Assembly: GCA_902538155.1 (NCBI GenBank)
Contig: CACBDX010000003.1
Span: 632 to 64,631, forward strand
From: an uncultured Alphaproteobacteria bacterium
Lineage (GTDB): Bacteria; Pseudomonadota; Alphaproteobacteria; HIMB59; GCA-002718135
Length of the DNA: 64,000 nt
Direction of reading: 5' to 3'
Position numbers and translations under genes: made by a program. Every line of letters starts with the position of its first letter. Position 1 is the first letter of the stretch. Below are positions 1-8,522 of this stretch, piece after piece. The notes below the pieces were generated by a model, which was not told where the DNA came from, made no database searches, and worked only from the letters and a program-made list of their open reading frames with translations.

Positions 1-1
1 A

Positions 2-214
2 CAAGGTCTTTATTCAATAAAAAATATAAATATAAGTAAATTAATAAATGAAAGCAAAAATTGGAAATTTTTAATAAAAAATAAAAATCTTAAACCTAAT
101 TCATCATTAAAAATTAATTCATCTAAACACATTAAAAAAATAAATTATTTGAAGTTAAATATTTATCCTGACGGTGGTATTTCACGGATCAGGGCAATTG
201 GAAAGTTTTTGTGA
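2..214 (+). CDS. alc: allantoicase, C-terminal fragment (5' end lies outside the window)
   Basis: Frame 2 is open from the window edge to TGA at 212-214. The C-terminus KLNIYPDGGISRIRAIGKFL matches the allantoicase repeat motif (IYPDGG-x-R-x-R). It overlaps the next gene, ureidoglycolate lyase, by 4 nt. It is absent from the ORF track because it has no start codon. Confidence 0.65.
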   Translation, partial: QGLYSIKNINISKLINESKNWKFLIKNKNLKPNSSLKINSSKHIKKINYLKLNIYPDGGISRIRAIGKFL

Positions 215-705
215 ACTATAAAATAAAGAATATTAGTAAAGAGAATTTCAAAAATTATGGTGATTTAATTACAATATCTAATAAAAATTATGAAAGTATT
301 AATAAAGATACAACCGATAGTTTTTTTGATTTAGCAAATATTCAAATAATTGGTGATGACAAAAGACCTAGATTAAATATTTTTCAGGCAAAGAAAAGAA
401 ACTTTCCATTAAAAATTAACATGTTAGAAAATCACCCCTTTAGTTCCCAAGTATTTCTTCCGTATAATGCTACAGGTTTTTTAGTTTTAGTTGCTCCAAT
501 AGGTAACAAACCTAAAATTGATTTAATTGAAATATTCAAAGTAAGCGGTGGTGATGGTATAAATTTTAATCCCAAAGTATGGCATTTTCCTCTAATATCT
601 CTTGAGAATGAAAAATATATTACCATTGATAAAAAAGATGCGGTTAATAATATTGAGATTTATAATTTTGAACAATCAGAAATATTTGAATTAAATTATG
701 AGTGA
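211..705 (+). CDS. allA: ureidoglycolate lyase (ureidoglycolate hydrolase family)
   Basis: 164 aa with a GTG start. LENHPFSSQVFLP matches the conserved HP-x-xSQ-x-F-x-P core of the AllA family. It lies directly downstream of allantoicase. Confidence 0.75.
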   Translation: MNYKIKNISKENFKNYGDLITISNKNYESINKDTTDSFFDLANIQIIGDDKRPRLNIFQAKKRNFPLKINMLENHPFSSQVFLPYNATGFLVLVAPIGNKPKIDLIEIFKVSGGDGINFNPKVWHFPLISLENEKYITIDKKDAVNNIEIYNFEQSEIFELNYE

Positions 706-2203
706 TACAATATTAAATATAGAAAATATTACAAAATCTTTTCCAAGAGTAATTGCAAATAAAAAGGTTACTTTTGATATTAAAGAAAATGCAGTTCATG
801 CAATTTTAGGAGAAAATGGAGCAGGGAAATCTACGTTGGTAAAAATTCTATATGGTCTCTTAGAACCAGATGAAGGAAATATTAAATTAAATAATAAGGA
901 TTTTAAAGTTAATTCCCCAGCAGAAGCAAGGAAACAAGGAATAGGAATGGTATTTCAGCATTTTTCTTTATTTGATTCTTTATCAGTAAAAGAAAATTTA
1001 ATTTTAGGAATTGATGAAAAGATGTCTTATTCAGATTTAGAAAATAAACTAGAAAATATAAGCTCAAGATATAATCTTCCATTAGATTTAGATGCTCCAA
1101 TTACTGCTTTATCAGCTGGAGAAAAGCAGCGTGTAGAAATTGTAAGAATTTTATTACAAGACCCTCAGATACTTATTATGGATGAGCCAACTTCAGTCTT
1201 AACACCACAAGAAGTTGAAAGTTTATTTGTAACATTAAATGCACTCGTCAAAGAAGGTCGTACAATATTATATATCACTCATAAACTCGAAGAAGTAATA
1301 TCAATATGTGATACAGTTACTATAATGAGAAGTGGTGAAATTATAGACACTTCAAGTACTGCAAATCAAACTGCAAAAACACTTGCAACAAAAATGCTAG
1401 GACAAAAATTAGATGACTTAAAAACTAATTATGGACATATAAAAGACGAAGTTAACTTTGAAGTAAAAAATATTTCATGTGACTTTAATGATCCATTTTT
1501 AACAGATCTTAAAAATATTTCTTTTCAAGTTAGAGTGGGTGAAATTTATGGCATTGCTGGAGTTGCTGGTAATGGACAATCAGAATTAATGGATATTTTA
1601 ACAGGAGAAAATATAAATATTAAATCTGGATCAATTACTTTTGATAATAAAAAAATTGAAAAGTATGGTCCACAAAAAAGAAGAGATTTATCTATTTCTT
1701 TTGTTCCGGAGAATAGATTGGGTCATAGTGCGGTACCTGAGTTAAGTTTGTCTGAAAATATTCTTTTGAGTCAATTTCCAAAAAATAATTTTATTAGAAA
1801 TGGCATAATATTGAAAAATAACGTTGATGATTTTGCGAATAATGTAATTAATGAATTTAAAGTTATTACTCCTGGTAATGATGCTAAAGCATCAAGCTTG
1901 TCCGGAGGAAATTTACAAAAATATGTCATTGGTAGAGAAATATCATCTAAGCCAAAAATATTAATTATTTCACATCCAACTTGGGGGATAGATGCTGGTG
2001 CTGAGCATTCTATAAGAGAGTCTTTGATAGAATTATCTCAAAATGGAACGTCTATAATTGTTATTTCTCAAGATTTAGATGAATTGATTGAAATTACTCA
2101 TAAAATATCTGTCATTTATGATGGTAATTTATCCAAACCTTTTAAAACTAGTGAAATAGAAATAGAAAAATTAGGATTATTGATGGGTGGAAAAAATGAA
2201 TAG
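698..2203 (+). CDS. ABC transporter ATP-binding protein with duplicated ATPase domains (BMP/nucleoside-sugar type)
   Basis: Walker A GENGAGKST and signature LSAGEKQR in the first half; signature LSGGNLQK in the second half. The ~500-aa tandem-cassette architecture is typical of CUT2/BMP importers. Confidence 0.9.
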   Translation: MSDTILNIENITKSFPRVIANKKVTFDIKENAVHAILGENGAGKSTLVKILYGLLEPDEGNIKLNNKDFKVNSPAEARKQGIGMVFQHFSLFDSLSVKENLILGIDEKMSYSDLENKLENISSRYNLPLDLDAPITALSAGEKQRVEIVRILLQDPQILIMDEPTSVLTPQEVESLFVTLNALVKEGRTILYITHKLEEVISICDTVTIMRSGEIIDTSSTANQTAKTLATKMLGQKLDDLKTNYGHIKDEVNFEVKNISCDFNDPFLTDLKNISFQVRVGEIYGIAGVAGNGQSELMDILTGENINIKSGSITFDNKKIEKYGPQKRRDLSISFVPENRLGHSAVPELSLSENILLSQFPKNNFIRNGIILKNNVDDFANNVINEFKVITPGNDAKASSLSGGNLQKYVIGREISSKPKILIISHPTWGIDAGAEHSIRESLIELSQNGTSIIVISQDLDELIEITHKISVIYDGNLSKPFKTSEIEIEKLGLLMGGKNE

Positions 2204-3269
2204 TTTATTTCCATCTATAGTTTCTCGCTCACAGAGTTCGGGTTTAATGAATTTTTTTGTTCCTATAATATCAATAGTTTTAACTTTAATTACAGGTTCA
2301 ATTATTTTTGTTCTTCTTGGTTTTGATCCAGTTTACGCATTGTATACATTTTTTATTTCACCTATTTCTTCAACCTACGGTATTTCTGAATTGTTTGTAA
2401 AAGCAACTCCTTTAGCCTTAATTGCAATTGGTCTCTCTTATTGTTTTAAGAATAATATTTATAATATTGGAGCTGAAGGACAACTTACCATGGGTGCAAT
2501 TTTTGGTGGAGGTATTGGAATATTATTTCATGATACAAATGCTTTCTGGTTGTTGCCATTAATGATTTTTGCAGGAGCAATTGGAGGAGCATTGTGGGGT
2601 TTAATACCTGCTATTTTAAAAACAAAATTTAATACAAATGAAATTTTAACAAGTTTAATGTTAGTTTACGTTGCTTTATTTATTTTAGATTATTTAGTAG
2701 TGGGACCTTGGAAAGATCCATTTGGTTATAGTTTTCCTAAATCAAGACCATTTAGTGAATCTGGAAGAATGCCTCTATTATTTGATGGTTTGAGGGTGCA
2801 CTTTGGACTAATTATAACGCTATTTTTAATTTTTGTATCTTGGTTTATATTTTCAAAAACTATTTTTGGATTTCAATTAAAAGTATCTGGTTATAGCCCC
2901 AAAGCTGCTAGATATGCTGGTTTTAATCAAACAACTTTAGTTTTTTTTGCATTTGCAATTTGTGGCGCTTTTGCAGGTATTGCAGGTTTAGCTGAAGTAT
3001 CTGGCCCAATTGGATTATTATATAGAGATATTTCTCCAAATTATGGATTTACTGCAATTATTGTTGCTTTTTTAGGTAGACTTCACCCAATTGGTATTAT
3101 TTTTGCTTCTTTAGTTATCGCTCTTACTTATCTTGGTGCTGAGGATGCACAATTGTTTTTACAAATACCTTCAGCAGTAGGTTTTATATTTCAGGGTTTG
3201 GTTTTATTTTATTTATTAGGTGCAGAATTACTAATTAACTATAAATTAACTTACAAAAAATTATTATGA
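2187..3269 (+). CDS. ABC transporter permease (BMP/nucleoside-type, first membrane component)
   Basis: 360-aa polytopic membrane protein. It overlaps the ATPase stop and its own stop overlaps the start of the second permease. Confidence 0.85.
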   Translation: MEKMNSLFPSIVSRSQSSGLMNFFVPIISIVLTLITGSIIFVLLGFDPVYALYTFFISPISSTYGISELFVKATPLALIAIGLSYCFKNNIYNIGAEGQLTMGAIFGGGIGILFHDTNAFWLLPLMIFAGAIGGALWGLIPAILKTKFNTNEILTSLMLVYVALFILDYLVVGPWKDPFGYSFPKSRPFSESGRMPLLFDGLRVHFGLIITLFLIFVSWFIFSKTIFGFQLKVSGYSPKAARYAGFNQTTLVFFAFAICGAFAGIAGLAEVSGPIGLLYRDISPNYGFTAIIVAFLGRLHPIGIIFASLVIALTYLGAEDAQLFLQIPSAVGFIFQGLVLFYLLGAELLINYKLTYKKLL

Positions 3270-4135
3270 ATTTAGATTTAATACTTGGAATATTACAAAT
3301 TGTTTTAATTGCAACAACACCTCTTGTTTTTGCTGGTATAGGTGAGTTAGTTACAGAAAAATCTGGAGTATTAAATTTAGGTGTAGAAGGAATGATGTTG
3401 GTAGGAGCAGTATCCGCTTTTATTATCTTAGTCATTACTGGAAGTTATTTTTTAGCATTTTTTGTATCTATATTTTCTGGAATTATCATGTCTGGTTTAT
3501 TTGCTTTTCTAGTTCTATTTTTAATGTCAAATCAAATTGCTACAGGATTAGCATTAACTATTTTTGGAATAGGTCTCAGTTCGATGCTTGGCAAACAATA
3601 TATTGGAACACCAATTGATGGTCTGTCACCATGGTTTTTTGTTATATTTTCTTTCTTAATAGTTTTTTTTGTTAGTTATTTTTTTTACAAAACTAAAGCT
3701 GGTTTGATTTTAAGAGCAGTAGGGGAATCTCATAATTCTGCACATGCATTAGGATATAGCGTTATTAAAATTAGATTTTTATCAATTATATTTGGAGGTT
3801 CTATGTGTGCTCTTGCAGGATCATATATTTCAATTTGTTATGCTCCAATGTGGCAAGAGGGTATGACAGCTGGACGAGGATGGATAGCATTAGCTTTAGT
3901 TGTATTTGCAACTTGGAAACCAGAAAGAGTACTTATTGGAGCTTATATATTTGGAGGTGTAACTATTCTTCAAATGAATCTTCAGGCTTTAGGTTTAAGA
4001 TTCCCTGGTCAATTTTTTAGCATGGCGCCATATGTTGCAACTATTATAGTATTAGTGTTAATTTCTAGTAATAAATTAAGAATAAAACTTAGCGCACCAG
4101 CTTCGTTAACTATTCCTTTTTATAAAGGCAGATAA
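3266..4135 (+). CDS. ABC transporter permease (BMP/nucleoside-type, second membrane component)
   Basis: 289-aa polytopic membrane protein with a 4-nt overlap on the preceding permease. Confidence 0.85.
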   Translation: MNLDLILGILQIVLIATTPLVFAGIGELVTEKSGVLNLGVEGMMLVGAVSAFIILVITGSYFLAFFVSIFSGIIMSGLFAFLVLFLMSNQIATGLALTIFGIGLSSMLGKQYIGTPIDGLSPWFFVIFSFLIVFFVSYFFYKTKAGLILRAVGESHNSAHALGYSVIKIRFLSIIFGGSMCALAGSYISICYAPMWQEGMTAGRGWIALALVVFATWKPERVLIGAYIFGGVTILQMNLQALGLRFPGQFFSMAPYVATIIVLVLISSNKLRIKLSAPASLTIPFYKGR

Positions 4136-4241
4136 ATATCCACTTTTTTTTTTCTATATTCATATAGAATTATTGATCAAACCCTTTTGTATATATTAAG
4201 TATATATTTGAGTAATCGTTATATTAGCAGGTGAGGTTAAA

Positions 4242-5309
4242 ATGATTAGAATAATAACTTTTTTATCTACTTTTTTGGTATTTGCATTTGGTTCAGCATA
4301 TGCAGACCCTAAAAAAGTTGGATTTATATACATAGGTCCTCCAGGTGATCATGGTTGGACATATATGCATGATGTAGGTAGAAAATATATGGAGAGCCAA
4401 CTTGGTGACTCTATTACTACTACTTATCTTGAAAATATTCCTGAAAACGCAGATGCTGTGAGAGCAATCCGAAAACTAGCAGACTCAGGACATGATTTAA
4501 TATTTACAACGTCTTTCAACTATATGGATCAGACACATGAAGTAGCTAAGGATTTTCCTGATATAAAATTTGAACACGCTACTGGGTATATCCAAGCAGA
4601 TAACGTTGCAACATACTCAGCTAGATTTTACGAAGGTAGAATGATTGAAGGCCATATTGCTGGTCATATGACTGAAACTAATACTATTGGTTATATTGCT
4701 TCATTCCCTATTCCAGAAGTTGTAAGAGGAATTAATGCATTTTATCTAGCGGCTTCAAAAGTAAATCCTGATATCAAAATGAAAATCATTTGGGTATTTA
4801 CTTGGTACGATCCAGGAAAAGAGGCTGATGCAGCCAATACATTAATTAATCAAGGAGCCGACATTATTGTTCAACACACAGATACATATGCTCCTTGCCA
4901 AGCTGCTCAAAAAGCAGGTGTTTATGCATTTGGTCAAGCTTCAAACCAAGAAGAATTCTGTCCTGATGCACATTTAACTTCAATTGAAGATATTTGGGGT
5001 CCTTACTATGCTGAAAGAGCAAAAGCTGTTGTGGACGGCACTTGGTCTTCAGGTGATACTTGGGATGGTATGGATAAAGGTATGGTTGTAATGTCACCAT
5101 ATAATACTAAACTTATGCCAGCAAGTTTAATTCAAGAAGCTGTAAATATGGAAGTTGGAATTAAAGATGGAACTATCCATCCTTTCACAGGTCCAATTTA
5201 CAATCAAGCTGGTGAGCTTGTGGTTCCTGAAGGTGAAGTAGCACCTGATGGGATGTTACTTGGAATGAACTTTTATGTTCAAGGTATAGACGGCGAAGTA
5301 CCACAATAA
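4242..5309 (+). CDS. BMP-family ABC transporter substrate-binding protein (purine/nucleoside-type)
   Basis: Signal peptide MIRIITFLSTFLVFAFGSAYA, then KVGFIYIGPPGDHGWTY, typical of the Bmp/Med/PnrA family. A strong SD (AGGTGAGG) lies upstream. Confidence 0.85.
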   Translation: MIRIITFLSTFLVFAFGSAYADPKKVGFIYIGPPGDHGWTYMHDVGRKYMESQLGDSITTTYLENIPENADAVRAIRKLADSGHDLIFTTSFNYMDQTHEVAKDFPDIKFEHATGYIQADNVATYSARFYEGRMIEGHIAGHMTETNTIGYIASFPIPEVVRGINAFYLAASKVNPDIKMKIIWVFTWYDPGKEADAANTLINQGADIIVQHTDTYAPCQAAQKAGVYAFGQASNQEEFCPDAHLTSIEDIWGPYYAERAKAVVDGTWSSGDTWDGMDKGMVVMSPYNTKLMPASLIQEAVNMEVGIKDGTIHPFTGPIYNQAGELVVPEGEVAPDGMLLGMNFYVQGIDGEVPQ

Positions 5310-5325
5310 TTAAAATTATTACAAC

Positions 5326-5360
5326 CCTCTCTCTTTAAAAAGGGAGAGGTTTAATTCTTA
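5326..5360 (+). terminator. putative intrinsic terminator after the binding-protein gene
   Basis: CCTCTCTC (5326-5333) pairs with GGGAGAGG (5342-5349) with one G:U pair and an 8-nt loop, followed by TTTAATTCTT. Confidence 0.45.
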
Positions 5361-5377
5361 ATTTCAAAGGAAGATTT

Positions 5378-5881
5378 ATGTCTGATTTACACATTAGTTG
5401 GGACGAATATAGAAGTAAAACAGAAGATTTAGCAAAACAAATTCATAAGGATGGATGGCAGTTTAATCAGGTTGTATGTATTGCAAAAGGAGGCATGAGA
5501 GTAGGTGATGTAATGGCAAGAATATTTGATGTTCCTTTAGCAATTCTTTCTGTTGAATCATATAAAGGCGAGGGCGTAAAAAATAAAAGAGGCGCAATAA
5601 CATTTTCAAGAGATTTAGCAAAAACAAGTCCTAACATTGGATCAAAAGTATTAATAGTAGATGATTTAGCAGACTCAGGAATTACTCTAAAAAAAAGTAT
5701 TGATTGGTTAAATCACACTTATGGTTTTTATATAGATGAACCAATAAGAACTGGAGTTTTGTTTTATAAGTCAGTATCTTCATTTAAACCAAATTATTAT
5801 GTTGATTACTTAGAAGATTCTCCTTGGATACATATGCCTTATGAGATTTATGAAACTATGAAACCAGAGGAACTTGGTTAA
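5378..5881 (+). CDS. purine phosphoribosyltransferase, Gpt-like
   Basis: PRPP-binding loop VLIVDDLADSGITL. The overall layout is collinear with xanthine-guanine PRT (ISWDEY... start, CIAKGGMRVG, PWIHMPYE end). Confidence 0.75.
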   Translation: MSDLHISWDEYRSKTEDLAKQIHKDGWQFNQVVCIAKGGMRVGDVMARIFDVPLAILSVESYKGEGVKNKRGAITFSRDLAKTSPNIGSKVLIVDDLADSGITLKKSIDWLNHTYGFYIDEPIRTGVLFYKSVSSFKPNYYVDYLEDSPWIHMPYEIYETMKPEELG

Positions 5882-6555
5882 AAAATAGAAGTAATTTCCT
5901 CAAATTTTTTCTTTTGTTTTGCAAATTTTGGAAACTTTGCATCTACTTTTGGATGTCCAACAATTAATAATACAAATGGTTTTTCATTATTTGGTCTTTT
6001 CAAAATTTTATTTAGAAATGTCATTGGGCTAGGTGTATGAGTTAACATCGCTAAGCCCGAAAAATGTAAACATGTAATTAATATTCCAGTTGCAATACCT
6101 ACTGATTCTTTAACGTAATAATTTTTAATTTTCTTATTTTTAGAGATTGAATATTTTTTTTCAAATATAGCTATTAAATATGGAGCATTTTCAATAAAAC
6201 TTTTATTTTCATCAGTTCCAAGTGGAGAAAGGGCATCTAACCACTCTTTGGGTGCCTTATATTTATAAAAATCACTCTCTTCTTTTTCTGCTGCAATTCT
6301 TATTTTCTTTTTTATTTCTTTATTTTTAATAATTACAAAATGCCATGGCTGAAGGTTGGCCCCATTCGGTGCAGAACCAGCTGCTAAAACTGCATTTTTT
6401 ATAATATCTAAATTAATTTTTTTATTTTCAAATTCTCTTACACTTCTTCTTTCTTTAATTTTATTGTAGAAATTTTGAGAATTATCTTTCATTTCTTTAA
6501 TAGTTTGATTTGAAAAATTTAATTCTTCAGCTATGTAATTCTTAGTTTTATGCAT
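5878..6555 (-). CDS. nitroreductase-superfamily flavoprotein, iodotyrosine-deiodinase (IYD)-like
   Basis: RRSVREF, NLQPWHFVII, APYLIAIFEKKY, NYYVKESVGIATGIL and LLIVGHP are collinear with my recollection of animal IYD. Confidence 0.8.
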   Translation of the reverse strand: MHKTKNYIAEELNFSNQTIKEMKDNSQNFYNKIKERRSVREFENKKINLDIIKNAVLAAGSAPNGANLQPWHFVIIKNKEIKKKIRIAAEKEESDFYKYKAPKEWLDALSPLGTDENKSFIENAPYLIAIFEKKYSISKNKKIKNYYVKESVGIATGILITCLHFSGLAMLTHTPSPMTFLNKILKRPNNEKPFVLLIVGHPKVDAKFPKFAKQKKKFEEITSIF

Positions 6556-6756
6556 TGGTTATTAATTATTTCATTTATACTTATTGGCACAATAATAATT
6601 TCTATTTCAATTAGTAATCCTTTATACCGACTTGTTGTAGAAAAAAAAATTAAATTAGGTTTGCTAATTCAAATTATTTTCAGGATACTACTCCTAATTT
6701 CTGGCGTTATAATTATTGGTTTTGGTCTATATTTTCACACAATTTATGTTGGATAA
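6550..6756 (+). CDS. hypothetical small membrane protein (two predicted TM helices)
   Basis: A 68-aa ORF fills what would otherwise be a ~200-nt gap. It is hydrophobic with a central charged loop and has no recognisable family. Confidence 0.35.
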   Translation: MHWLLIISFILIGTIIISISISNPLYRLVVEKKIKLGLLIQIIFRILLLISGVIIIGFGLYFHTIYVG

Positions 6757-6762
6757 AAGATA

Positions 6763-7095
6763 CTAGTATCTTCTTATATTTCTATCGATTAATGCGGCCC
6801 ATGCATCTATTCCGCCAAGTACATTAACACAATGATTATAACCTTGTGCTTTAAGCCATTTACATACAGCTTGGCTTCTTGTACCGGTATGACACATCAC
6901 AAAAATATTTTTTTTCTTATCCAATTCAGTGTATCTTTTGGCAATCTCTGAAAGTTTCATGTGTATTGTACCCTTAATATGGGCATGATCTCTTTCAGTA
7001 TCTTCTCTTACATCTATAATTTGAATTTTTTTGTCATCTTGCTTAAGTTCATTTAACTGATGAACTGTTATTTCACTACTACTATAAAGATCCAT
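6763..7095 (-). CDS. rhodanese-like sulfurtransferase, single domain
   Basis: 110 aa with the active-site loop CHTGTRS and the terminal GGIDAW motif. Confidence 0.85.
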   Translation of the reverse strand: MDLYSSSEITVHQLNELKQDDKKIQIIDVREDTERDHAHIKGTIHMKLSEIAKRYTELDKKKNIFVMCHTGTRSQAVCKWLKAQGYNHCVNVLGGIDAWAALIDRNIRRY

Positions 7096-7188
7096 AATAT
7101 TATCTTATTATAAATACTACTAGATTTCTACTATTTTAAATAAAATTAATTTTAAAAATTAAATTTGTTATTTCGAAGTTTTTAATGT

Positions 7189-7503
7189 ATGAGCGATTTT
7201 ATTATGTCAAAAAAAATTACTTTTTCAGCTTTTGGTAGAGATTCATACTATCACAGAGATTGGTTTAAAAAAAATGGTTTTAAATTTGATAGAAGTTCTA
7301 GAAAATGGACTGTAGAAAATTTACCAATAGATAATGCTGAAGAGTTTGCTAGTTACTGTAGAAAATACGGCTTAACATTTGAGCGATCTGATAGAATGAT
7401 TACAGAATTTGATTACGCAGATTATCTTTGGGATGGAAGAAGAGATGAATTTATGACACCATCTGAAAATATTGAGATTCCACAACCAAAAAATAAAATC
7501 TAA
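7189..7503 (+). CDS. hypothetical protein
   Basis: A 104-aa ORF in its own intergenic context. It contains WFKKNGFKFDRSSRKWTV (see findings). Confidence 0.5.
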   Translation: MSDFIMSKKITFSAFGRDSYYHRDWFKKNGFKFDRSSRKWTVENLPIDNAEEFASYCRKYGLTFERSDRMITEFDYADYLWDGRRDEFMTPSENIEIPQPKNKI

Positions 7504-7506
7504 TTT

Positions 7507-8424
7507 TTGTTAAACAAATTAGTATCAAATAATTTAATACTCCTTATAATTTTGGCCGCTATATGGGGATCATCTTTTTTTGTTATTAAAATCTGTTTAT
7601 CTAGTTTTACGCCTACTAGTATTGCTTCTTTAAGATTAATTATTGCATCTATTTTTTTAATTATTTTATATTATTCATACAACAAGCATCCTAAATTAAA
7701 TCTTGATTTAATTATAATTCTTTCATTTATTGGAATTACAGGAAATTTTTTACCATTCTATCTGATTAGTTGGGCTGAACAATACATACCTTCTTCCACT
7801 GCAGGTTTATTAATGTCTGTTGGCCCCTTAATAACATTACTAATGTCTCATGTATTAACTTCAGACGATAAATTTACTTGGATTAAATTTTTATCAATTA
7901 TTATCGGTTTTATAGGTATTATTTTTATTTTAGATATAAGTAAATTTAATTTTCAAGATGAAAACTACATTAGTACTTTAGCAAAAATATTTGTAATTAT
8001 AGCTGCATTTGGTTACATGATTTCAAATATTGCAGCTTATAATAAATTAAAAAAATTAAGCCCTATTTCAATTACAACTTTTGCTACATTGTTTGGGGCG
8101 ATAATATCATTACCTTTTTTATTCTATGATTTTATCAATTATGAAAATAATATTAATAATATTTCTTTAATTTCTATTATTTATTTAGGTGTTTTTCCAA
8201 CAGCTATCGCATTTCATATGCGCTATCATATAGTTAAACAATCTGGTCCGGTTTTCTTATCTTATGTTGCTTATTTAATCCCTGTTTTTGCTTTAATATG
8301 GGGATTCATATTCCTTTCTGAGCAAATAGTATTTAGTTCAGTAATTGGAATTATTTTAGTTTTTATTGGTCTGTTTGTGGGTCAAAAAAAATCAATGAGT
8401 AAAATATCCGTAAAAAACATATAA
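7507..8424 (+). CDS. DMT-superfamily (EamA-like) transporter
   Basis: About 10 TM segments in two EamA-type halves, with a TTG start. Confidence 0.8.
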   Translation: MLNKLVSNNLILLIILAAIWGSSFFVIKICLSSFTPTSIASLRLIIASIFLIILYYSYNKHPKLNLDLIIILSFIGITGNFLPFYLISWAEQYIPSSTAGLLMSVGPLITLLMSHVLTSDDKFTWIKFLSIIIGFIGIIFILDISKFNFQDENYISTLAKIFVIIAAFGYMISNIAAYNKLKKLSPISITTFATLFGAIISLPFLFYDFINYENNINNISLISIIYLGVFPTAIAFHMRYHIVKQSGPVFLSYVAYLIPVFALIWGFIFLSEQIVFSSVIGIILVFIGLFVGQKKSMSKISVKNI

Positions 8425-8522
8425 TACTAATAAAACAGCAATAAAAATAGACACATTTTTGAAGTTAAAATATTTCATTTATAGTTGAAATTTAATTTTT
8501 TATAGTCCAATATACTTTTATT

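Noticed and set aside
4154-4167. The palindrome CTATAT-TC-ATATAG in the spacer before the BMP binding-protein gene, as a possible operator.
   Set aside because: A short AT-only inverted repeat is expected by chance in DNA of this composition, and no second copy was noticed.
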